DNA of 64,000 nt, from NCBI GenBank assembly GCA_049724395.1, contig JAUGWO010000016.1, forward strand, positions 1 to 64,000, in the 5' to 3' direction. Origin of the DNA: Spongospora subterranea f. sp. subterranea. Lineage: Eukaryota. Of the stretch, positions 51,219-61,455 are shown in pieces. The notes beneath the pieces were generated by a model. That model was given only the letters and a program-made list of their open reading frames with translations, ran no database searches and was not told where the DNA came from. Position numbers and translations under genes: made by a program. Position 1 is the stretch's first letter. Each line of letters opens with the position of its first letter.

Positions 51219-51680
51219 TTAAAGCCAGATATCTCTGGCGGCTCCTTTTCGCATTACCACACAAATACTCTTGGCTTTGCGTTCGCTTTTCATGACCTCA
51301 TATGCCATGGCCAGCTCTTTGTCGGTGAACGCATCAGTATCTAGTATACAGATGGCGCGCTCCAGTGAGGGAGCCGAAGGGCAATCACAGACGAGGGCGG
51401 TCTCAGCTGTCAACTCATAAGAACGCGTTAATGGACGGTTGAAACGCAGCAACATCTGCTTGAACTTATGAGTGATACCACCAGTATTTTTAGTGGGGAA
51501 AATCCGAACAATTTCTCAATGGATAACAGGTTGCCAAGGACGTCAAATCAGAAAACGGGTACAAAAAAAGCAATCTTGGCATGCTGTTCCCTCGCGCTTT
51601 GTCCCAATACCCAGAAGAGGCAGCGCAGGTGTCGACGGCATCGACGCCCAGAAGAGGCCGCGTAGGTGACACTCACCAGC
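51219..51680 (-). mobile_element. Remnant of the Harbinger Myb/SANT-like partner ORF, convergent with the transposase
   Basis: SLERAICIL..DKELAMAYEVMKSERKAKS..ARDIWL* resembles the C-terminus of Harbinger ORF1 proteins. Upstream AASSGYWDK. Confidence 0.55.
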
Positions 51681-52808
51681 CAGGTTGAACACTGGAGTAT
51701 TTGGACGCACCAGCCTCGATGTCCTGGTTCCTGCACGCGGTTGGGACTGCTGCTGATGATACCGTCGACAGTCCGCATCGGAAAGCCGGAGCTGTTCAAG
51801 CTCGGTATCGACTTGGATCGCTCCATGATGTGAGGGAAGCACCGGACAACTTGATCATCGTCGAAAGACGAGCTAGAATACAGCCGACGAGCTTGGACAG
51901 GAAGCGCGCATTTGAAGCGTTTAGCCATCCCCTCGCCGTATAGCGAGGAGGATCGAAACTGATCCCGAAACCAGCCGTCGTGATAAATTGCATCGCTATT
52001 CGCGATCTGGAACTGGCTTTGACGTATAGAAAGTTTTTAGATCGAGGTCGTCTATCGCTGCGACCGTCTTGACCAGCCAGGGATGGCCAAAACACCGCCT
52101 ACAGCTGCAAGGGCAGCACCTTGTACGACGGCGGCTACAGCGATCCTGCTGCGATCCATTTCCTCAAATACAGACCGCCGACGTCATCGGCGAAGTCGTC
52201 TGGCGTCAGACGCTGCGCTTGCACGCGTCGCTCCCGACGACCTATTTCAACGCGTTGCCCGACATCACACGTCGGCGGACGATCGCGACGATCGAATCTG
52301 TCGCTTCTAGGTTTCAGTTACGCACAGTAACCGATTGATTTGTGTTCACCTACAGTACAGTATTACCAGTTTTCGAAGGGCGTGGGGTTGCTGCCGCACG
52401 GCCAAGTCGCGCCCAGATACCAGTCGGAAACGACGAAGACGACCACAGTGAGGTCGTGCGCGGCCAGTGCTCGTGCATGGCGTCTTGAATAACGTTGCGA
52501 ATTGAATCGGCGACCGGACACGCGGCACGGGCATGGTTTTCGCTCCGTTAAATCTTCACATCGTTGAAAACGAAGTGTTTCGGGCACATGTGGCATTCAA
52601 AAACCGATGTTTTTAATGGATTTGGTACGCCTTTCAATGTATCCCGCCTTTGCGTGTTCTTTCCCGAAATCCAGAATAGGACGGCACCGCAATGCAACAC
52701 GAACGCCGTCGTGTCACTGAAACACGGGCAGCTGATGCACTTGATCTCGGCGTTCGGCTATAAGATAAAGCTTCCAAACACTATCGCGTGTGGAATCATC
52801 GCATTTTA

Positions 52809-53826
52809 GACCGCAATTTGACGGCGGATCTCTAATAATTTTATTCGTTAAAGAGCCGCTCCACTGCATCTACCATACTGTCGGTGCTCGGGCTGGACAT
52901 GTGCATGCTCAGCTCAGGTTCGAACGACTCTGCAGTATTACCAGGGTATTGGGCAGCGAGACTTGCAGTGCTTGTTGCAGTGCTTGATGGCCGAAATGAC
53001 CCGTCCACAGATGCATTGGGCATACGTAGACCGACACCTTCCGATAAGAGAAGTACGATTATTTCGTCTACAACCGTCTCTGTGGACGGGTCATTTCGGC
53101 CATCAAGCACTGCAACAAGCACTGCAAAGTCTCGCTGGTAGTCTAGACGCATCACATCCGTGTAGCCTCGGGCCGTGAAATTGGACCCCAACATGTTGTT
53201 AAAGGAAAGTTGCGTCTTGAAAAATACAATCAAACGAGCTATCGCGCTATAAATAGATTACTGTCAATTTTAGGAAAACGAATTCTATTTTTAGAACTCC
53301 CTCAATAATGGTGCTAATGTGTCAACAAGAGGATCAATCGGTTGAAAATTTTATCCTCTTAAACCCGCTTGTCACATTGTTTATGGGTTCGGTTTCTAAG
53401 GTGTCCTGGAGTACCGTAGGTACAACAGGAATACAGGCATTGTTGTCGGAACGTCAGTTGGCCCCACGAAGGTGACTCAGCGGGGCGATGATAGACATGA
53501 GAATTCCGCCAGAGTTCTCATTTTTGTTCAAAAAAACTATCGCATACATACTGTACACCACTAGCAAATCATCAGCAGGAGGGAAGACCAAGCAAGCAAA
53601 CCATCAACGTTCACGCATCGCAACGACATCTTGCGGCGGAGCACCAGGTCAATGTTATTCAAAACATGGCATTTGCTGACGATCATCCAGAGTTCTCTGG
53701 CATGGCGAAGGGCTTGGTTGTGGTCGCCCTCGAACGCGGCCTGATTCAAGCAAGCCGCCGCCGTCCCGTACATAAATACGGCTCCTGACCAAGGTTAACA
53801 AGGCCGACACCGACTTTTCGGACATA
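52809..53826 (-). mobile_element. Cargo element copy A: internally deleted, with foldback and transposase remnant
   Basis: TA|GACCGCAATTTGA terminus, then the cargo 3' end and a hairpin at 52954-53137. 53138-53620 matches 57357-57810. The + strand encodes QNMAFADDHPEFSGMAKGLVVVALERGL (53660-53743). Confidence 0.75.
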
Positions 53827-54711
53827 GACCGCATTTTGACGGCGGATCTCTAATAATTTTATTCGTCAAAGAGCCGCTCCATTGCATCTAGCACACTGTC
53901 GGTGCTCGGGCTGGACATGTGCATGCTCAGCTCAGGTTCGAACGACTCTGGAGTAGTACCAGGGTATGTGGCAGCGAGACGCTGCAATGCTTGATGGGTC
54001 TTGATAACATTATTTTCGGACCAAATCAGCTGCAAAATCCACACTAAATATCATGGCGGCGTATTCTGATCCGATAATGTTGTTTCGGATGTCGGGCTGA
54101 ACGTCCACCCAATTCCCAGGTGGGACATGTCTGATAAATCGGTATGACGGCTTCGATGGCAGAATCATCGATGCATTGAGAAGCACGTCATCTGGTAATG
54201 TGGTTCCGGTATGTGCACCGCAATCGATGCAACGTTGGTAGGCGATATCGCCGATCATCACCACCCCGCCGGAGTTGATGATGAACGGAAATAGCAAATG
54301 CTGTATTGTTCCGTCGACTTGAGGTATATCGGTGGTCCTGAGTAGTTCAAACATATTGATTAGACACGAGAACTTGCAAATTCCAATTCTGAATAATGTC
54401 CAGTGACCTTGCCATCCAAAACTTTTTCACATCGTCGGTTGGACCAAATTTGTACAGTTTTGTCGTTACTGCACGACCGACATCTTGACCGTAACGGGCA
54501 TGGCGCGGACACATTTGCGGCGGTGACAGCATAGCCAATGCGACATCTGATCCAAACGTTTGATCCAATACCATTGAGTCCATCGCCGTCGGCGGACGCA
54601 GTGACATGAATATTGTTACCATGGGGTTGAATCTCCGATTCCGGTAGATCCGCTAGCTCGGCAAACCGATTGTTCAAGCTTGTTGCAAACAACTAGCGAA
54701 CGAAATGATAT
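53827..54711 (-). mobile_element. Cargo element copy B (cargo gene 53859-54677, ATG changed to TTG, +1 frameshift near 54013)
   Basis: TA|GACCGCATTTTGA terminus. Colinear with copy D, with all four splice sites conserved. Confidence 0.85.
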
Positions 54712-55716
54712 GCAACTTTTGCTCTAACAATGTTGAAGTCCAATTTCACTGCCCGAGGCTACACGGATGTGATGCGTCTAGACTACCCCCACTGTAGTAA
54801 ATCTACGCTACTACGTATTTGGTTTTTAACAAGCGGACAGTAAATATCATTTCGTTCGTTAGTTGTTTGCCACAAGCATGAACAATCGGTTTGCCGAGCT
54901 GGCGGATCTACCGGAATCGGAGATTCAACCCCATGGTAACAATATTCATGTCACTGCGTCCGCCGACGACGATGAACTCAATGGTATTGGATCAAACGTT
55001 TGGATCAGATGTCGCATTGGCTATGCTGTCACCGCCGCAAATGTGTCCGCGCCATGCTCGTTACGGTCAAGATGTCGGTCGTGCAGTAACGACAAAACTG
55101 TACAAATTTGGTCCAACCGAGGATGTGAAAAAGTTTTGGATGGCAAGGTCACTGGAATTTATTCAGAATTGGAATTTGCAAGTTCTCGTGTCTAATCAAT
55201 ATGTTTAAACTACTCAGGACCATCGATATACGTCAGGTCGATGGAACAATAAAGCATTTGCTATCTCCGTTCATCATCAATTCAGGCGGGGTGGTGATGA
55301 TTGGCGATATCGCCTACCAACGTTGCATCGATTGCGGTGCACATACCGGAACCACATTACTAGATGACGTGCTTCTCAATGCATCGATGATTCTGCCATC
55401 AAAGCCGTCATACCGGTTCATCAGACATGTCCCACCTGGGAATTGGGTGGACGTTCAGCCCGATATCCGAGAACAACATCATCGGATCAGAATACGCCGC
55501 CATGATATTTAATGTTGCTTTTTCAGCTGATTTGGTCCGAGATGATGCTATCACGACCCAGCAAGCATTGCAGCGTCTCGCTGCCACATACCCTGGTACT
55601 ACTCCAGATTCGTTCGAACCTGAGCTGAGCATGCACATGTCCAGCCCGAGCACCGACAGTATGGTAGATGCAGTGGAGCGGCTTTTTGACGAATAACGTC
55701 ATTTCAAAATGCGGTC
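54712..55716 (+). mobile_element. Cargo element copy C (cargo gene 54878-55696, +1 frameshift near 55471)
   Basis: Near-identical reverse complement of 56428-57431. Ends TCAAAATGCGGTC. Confidence 0.88.
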
Positions 55717-56425
55717 AGCAGAGCGCTACATTCATGAAGAAAAACGCCGATCGCTGCGCCGAGATGGTCCCAAATATGAGCCAGGAGATCAAGTGTGGTT
55801 ACTTCGCGATTCTTTCAAATCAAGCCGACCCAGTGACAAACTCGATGATAAACGACTCGTACCCTTTACTGTAGTTCGACAGATTAACCCGGTAGCCTTC
55901 GAACTTAAACTGCCTTCTAACGTCCGAATTCATCCAGTTTTTCACACCTCATTACTGGAACCCTACATCAATAGCAATATTCCGGGCCGCCGACAACCGA
56001 ACCCGCCTGTCATGTGTCTCGACGATGAAGGTTTACCATTCTTCGAGGTAGAAACCATCATCGACTCACGACGCAAAAACCGCCGTCTGGAGTATTTAAT
56101 CCATTGGAAGGGTTACATCGAGCTGGATCGGACGTGGGAGCCAGAACAGAACCTGCAGGCACATTCCGCAACGAGATTCAAAGTCTTATCAACAATTTCC
56201 ACCGCGATAATCCCGAGAAGCCGGGCCCGGTCATCAATAGCACATCCCGGCACCAAAGGGTGATCTTAAAATAACCGGAGCAGACTGTAACGATATGGGA
56301 CTTGACTTAATAACTGGTAACAATATCGGACTCAACACCTGATAAATGAACAAACACGGCAAACCAACTGGGTACTGGGTTCTGACCCAGTTGGTTTATC
56401 GCAGTTATCGCCCACGCATCGTTGG
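55717..56425 (+). mobile_element. Chromovirus (Ty3/Gypsy) integrase C-terminus, chromodomain and probable 3' LTR start
   Basis: YEPGDQVWL..KLDDKRLVPFTVVRQINPVAFELKLP..IHPVFHTSLLEPY, then FEVETIIDSR..LEYLIHWKGY..TWEPEQNL. TGTAAC at 56286. Confidence 0.92.
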
Positions 56426-56427
56426 TA

Positions 56428-57810
56428 GACCGCATTTTGAAATGATTTTATTCGTCAAAAAGCCGCTCCACTGCATCTACCATACTGTCGGTGCTCGGGC
56501 TGGACATGTGCATGCTCAGCTCAGGTTCGAACGACTCTGGAGTAGTACCAGGGTATGTGGCAGCGAGACGCTGCAATGCTTGCCGGGTCGTGATAGCATC
56601 ATCTCGGACCAAATCAGCTAAAATAGCAACACCAAATATCATGGCGGCGTATTCTGATCCGATGATGTTGTTTCGGATATCGGGCTGAACGTCCACCCAA
56701 TTCCCAGGTGGGACATGTCTGATGAACCGGTATGACGGCTTTGATGGCAGAATCATCGATGCATTGAGAAGCACGTCATCTAGTAATGTGGTTCCGGTAT
56801 GTGCACCGCAATCGATGCAACGTTGGTAGGCGATATCGCCAATCATCACCACCCCGCCTGAATTGATGATGAACGGAAATAGCAAATGCTTTATTGTTCC
56901 ATCGACCTCACGTATATCGATGGTCCTGAGTAGTTTAAACATATTGATTAGACACGAGAACTTGCAAATTCCAATTCTGAATAAATTCCAGTGACCTTGC
57001 CATCCAAAACTTTTTCACATCCTCGGTTGGACCAAATTTGTACAGTTTTGTCGTTACTGCACGACCGACATCTTGACCGTAACGAGCATGGCGCGGACAC
57101 ATTTGCGGCGGTGACAGCATAGCCAATGCGACATCTGATCCAAACGTTTGATCCAATACCATTGAGTTCATCGTCGTCGGCGGACGCAGTGACATGAATA
57201 TTGTTACCATGGGGTTGAATCTCCGATTCCGGTAGATCCGCCAGCTCGGCAAACCGATTGTTCATGCTTGTTGCAAACAACTAACGAACGAAATGATATT
57301 TACTGTCCGCTTGTCAAAAACCAAATACGTAGTAGCGTAGATTTACTACAGTGGGGGTAGTCTAGACGCATCACATCCGTGTAGCCTCGGGCAGTGAAAT
57401 TGGACACCAACATTGTTAGAGCAAAAGTTGCGTCATGAAAAATCCAATCCAACGAGCTGTCGGGCTATAAATAGATTACTGCCAATTTTTGGGAGACGAA
57501 ATCTATTTTTAGAACTCCCTCAATAATGGTGTCAACATCTCGGTTAGAAATTTTATCCTCTTTAACCCGCTTGTCAGTTCGGTTTCTACGGTGTCCTGGA
57601 GTACCGTAGGTACAACAGAAATGCAGGAATTGTTGGCATAACGTTAGTTGACCCCACGAAGATGACTCAATCTGGCGATGATAGACATGAGAATTCCGCC
57701 AGAGTTCTCATTGTGTTCCAAAAAACTATCGCATACATAGTGTATACCACTAGCAAATCATCAGCAGGTGGGAAGACCAAGCAAGCGAACCATCAACGTT
57801 TACGCATCGT
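56428..57810 (-). mobile_element. Cargo element copy D (intact cargo gene)
   Basis: TA|GACCGCATTTTGA terminus. On the + strand, 57430-57810 carries decayed transposase-like motifs (SIMVS, SAGGK). Confidence 0.85.
56448..57265 (-). CDS. Spliced 224-aa cargo protein, possibly a Ulp1/SENP (C48)-fold pseudo-protease
   Basis: Exons 57265-57208, 57134-56996 and 56925-56448. The 73-nt and 70-nt GT-AG introns join three staggered ORFs in frame (675 nt). The fold assignment is by eye. Confidence 0.7.
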
Positions 57811-59098
57811 GTATCAATTGAGCCACTCATTGATGATATAAAGAACATATTTAATTAGCTAATATTCCAAGAAGCAAGTACTATGGAGCTGCGCTATCAT
57901 AGCCACGCTATCAAAGCCATCATAGCCAGGCAGAACTCGCGGACTGCGCGAGGCCTCGGCCTGGGGTCTTGGAACTCGTCCTGCAACAAACCATTGATTC
58001 TGATTACCAGCCACCAAAACTCGTGCCTAGTTCCGCAGACTGAAGATTGCTATGGAGAATTCTCCTAGCTGCAATGGCATCGATGATTATCACAACTGAT
58101 GACGAGTCACGGAAGTACGATGAAGATTACGACTATGAGACTCTAGAAAGGATGTGGTTGAGGACCGATGGTCCAATGAAACCAAAGACGACAGGCTGGA
58201 CTCGGCGTCGCCCCCCAGTGATGATGACGGAGACGCTAGCGCTAGTCGCCAGCAATCCAACAATGAAGATTAGACACGTTGTTGAACAATTGCGACAACG
58301 AACTTCTCGATGGTCTGATACCCTGGACGATCTTTTTTTGGGGAAAGCTTTCCTGACTTGAACCAGGAAACGGACCGCGGTCAGGACCTGGAATTGGTTC
58401 CAGCGCCTGGGAAGTTCGCTGATGGGCCACATCAGCATTGACAATAGATTCGTCCCAGTCATTCTCTTCCTCCGTCTCCATAACAGATTGCCAATGAGCA
58501 ATCACATAGGATTCAAATGCGTTGCAATATTGATAGATTCAGTTTGAGCATCAACATTGTCGGAAGGAGGATGCTCATGTTCATCTCCCATTCGTTGCTT
58601 GGGACGTTCTGTTCGTTGAACGATGCATGCTATGAAGTCGTTATTGTCAGCCCCTGATTGCTTTAATCTCAAATCATCTTTTTCGCGAATATTTCTTTCG
58701 ACGATGGCAGTCTTTCTAACTTCTTCGCAGCAGATAGACGATTACGTTTTGCAATATGAATCAGTGAAAATTCGCTAAACAATCTCTCGCTTGTGCCTGC
58801 ATTGACCGCAACTGACAAAACAGTCAGGGCAGCACAAAACCTTTACAGGTTTTCATCGACTTTTTGACATATTGCCAAACTGGGCATGACTGTCAAACTT
58901 AGAGAAACGATACATCATGGGCCAGATGATGTCAAACGCACAGCAAAATAGCAAATTGAGATTCTATACTCGTCGGGTCCTTGAATAGTTTGGTATATAT
59001 AAGAGCTGTACCTGGACTTGACGACTGCCTTCATCCAGGATTGCTTGCGATCGTACCGCATTACAGAGTTAACATGACGAGCTAGCGAGGAATACGTT

Positions 59099-59347
59099 GC
59101 TTCTTTGGTGAACGACTGGCCGGCCGCCACTGCCTTTCGATGCCGCAGCAGAGCCTGTGATCAGCTTCAGGTTCTCAGGAATCGTCAGCCTTGGTCGTGC
59201 GGCGCTTGGGGAACATTTGGGCCACCATGACGACTTTACTCGATTCGAGGCAACCCGCAACAAAGCGTGCGAAAAAGCAACGCTGATCACAGGCTCTGGT
59301 GCGCATGGAAAGGCAGTGGTGGTCGGCCAGTCGCCCACCGAAGAAGC
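59099..59347. repeat. Imperfect inverted repeat with about 67-bp arms
   Basis: 59099-59165 versus the reverse complement of 59282-59347 (CGACTGGCCG..CACTGCCTTTC..CAGAGCCTGTGATCAGC). Confidence 0.85.
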
Positions 59348-59657
59348 GTCGCTAGCCTCAAACTCCAGTTTCCAACCTTGATACCCCTTAGTAGTCAACA
59401 TTCATCCATGCCCTTATCTGTACAAGTATCTCTGGCCGACATTTTCGTCAAATCTTCGCTCTTAGTCGTTCTTCAATCCAGTTTAGCAATCTGAATGGAG
59501 TTACCTATTTACCTATTTATTTTACCAGGTTCGCGTTGGTTCAACTAAAAAAAAATCTGTTACCTCTGGGAAATCATGTTGAGGATTTTGATCTGGTAAA
59601 TATCTCATCCCTGGTCGTGCTAACCGGGGTAGTCGCATTGATCGATATAGTAGAGAT

Positions 59658-60473
59658 ATGGTCAATGCCACATATTATCCAAAGAAGCGGTCTGGAGGTA
59701 CCTTCTCTCCGATGCAGGGAGAATACACAGACCCCGATGATGCGCAACGATTGCCAATCTCTGTTCTCGATGAACATATTTGTCGAACCGAGCATTTGAT
59801 GCTTGAGTATGAAAATAAAGCCATGTATTTGGAAGCAGAAAAACAACGCCAATTGTTGCAACGCTTGAAGAAGGCGTCCGCCCTGCCGCTGAACGATACG
59901 GATTTTAAATCAGAGTGGACGAATGCGATTAAGGACGTCGAACAAATGAATCAGCAGAAGCGACTCGAATTCGAACAGTTTTGGAAAGCGAGGTTGAAAG
60001 AGCACAGCGAGAAAAGTGACGAACTATTGGAAGTCATCAAGCACAAACATCATGACCGGTGTCGTGAGTTGGCACAAGCAACAGAACGAGTAATGCGCTT
60101 TCCAAAATGGACCACAGTTTTGCTGGAGTTGAGGCGGAAACAGTACTTATTGGCGAAAACTAAACGGTACTTAGAGGCTGAAGCGATCAAGCTGCAAGCA
60201 GAAGAGATGGAAGCCAAAGAAAGATCGAGATTGCTGAAAATCATTGACAAAGATAACAAGCTTAAAATGACAAGGCTGAATGAACAACATCAACGGGAAA
60301 TCCGAGTCATTGTCGAAAAGATGGAGATAGAACGGAAAGGTCTAGTTGAGGTCAAACAACAGCTGCATGAGCGCCTCAATTCCCAATGCCGCCATGCTCT
60401 AGCCGATGTTCAAAAGCGTGCTCGAATCGCTGCCAAGAGAAGACAGCGACTTAATGAAGAATTATATAATTAA
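59658..60473 (+). CDS. Coiled-coil protein, 271 aa, intronless
   Basis: Repeated YLEAE motifs, PKWTTVLLELRRKQYLLAKTKRYLEAE, and heptad-rich sequence. Confidence 0.75.
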   Translation: MVNATYYPKKRSGGTFSPMQGEYTDPDDAQRLPISVLDEHICRTEHLMLEYENKAMYLEAEKQRQLLQRLKKASALPLNDTDFKSEWTNAIKDVEQMNQQKRLEFEQFWKARLKEHSEKSDELLEVIKHKHHDRCRELAQATERVMRFPKWTTVLLELRRKQYLLAKTKRYLEAEAIKLQAEEMEAKERSRLLKIIDKDNKLKMTRLNEQHQREIRVIVEKMEIERKGLVEVKQQLHERLNSQCRHALADVQKRARIAAKRRQRLNEELYN

Positions 60474-61455
60474 TGCGAAATCTGGTTCCCGTTTCTTTCT
60501 TATCACGGTATCACTTCCGTTCGTCTCATCTGTGTTCAACGCAAATGGCGCCATTGTGCCGACGATGGCTACCCCTTTCACGGATTGAGGGGACCTGCGA
60601 TTGAAACTTGTTCCATCGTCAAATCCCGTTTATCAACACGTTGGGGATCTGCGGGTCGCCATTGTAATTGATCGCCATTACGACCTTAATTTTGATACCC
60701 CGAACATTGATCATGCAAGAAGAGGTCACACCTTGGGTTTGAAACACAACGCATTTAGGTATTTCGATGCAAATGCAGCTTTTAGTGATGAAAATATTTG
60801 CCTCAGAACAGTGACTCATCACCGGCATCCGCATACAAATGGATACCCTTCACATTCAAGTTCGGCACCTGGAAACCGATTTCCGGTTTTCCAACGCGAA
60901 AGCTGATTTTCGTCCAAGTCAGAGAAGGTTTGTACCTGTTGCTTGATTGATTGCAAGCGCAACGAGATGAAGGGCGCATGATCGGGCAACGATGAAAGAC
61001 AGCTTCCCTGTCGCTGTGCAAGCGCACCAGATCCCGCCCTCGGGTATGAGCTGAAAATCGGAGCCCGATCCGAAACCGAGCCTGGCGAGATGTTTTGAGG
61101 TCCCAATGGTTCGAACGATAATGGAATGAGACGCAACTGTAGAGTTGGCGAAAATAGAGCGAGAGCAACGCGGAGACCGACTGCAGTTGTAATGTTAGAG
61201 GAACAGACTGAGACTGATTGCGCGGTGGTTTTGAGGCAGGCAGGGGTATGGTATGACCAACGGGTAAGACGGGCTGCAATCCTGTAACCGAATATATCGG
61301 GTGTAATAGACTGTGTGTCCTGTACTCGAACACGATATCAGTTCGGCACTGAACACAACACACATTCGTTCCTGTTCGTCAAGATCGGGATTGTGCATAG
61401 GTCCGCACCCGCTTTTCGTTGATTCGCTGGGTGGTTCGCGGGGCGGCAACACAAC

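Noticed and set aside
54863..55696. Overlapping short ORFs read as an operon or programmed frameshift
   Set aside because: Two canonical introns join them in frame in copy D. The extra break in copy C is a single-base insertion.
60600..61363. Minus-strand ORFs upstream of DNAAF2
   Set aside because: No recognisable domain or convincing exon chain, though a gene here cannot be excluded.
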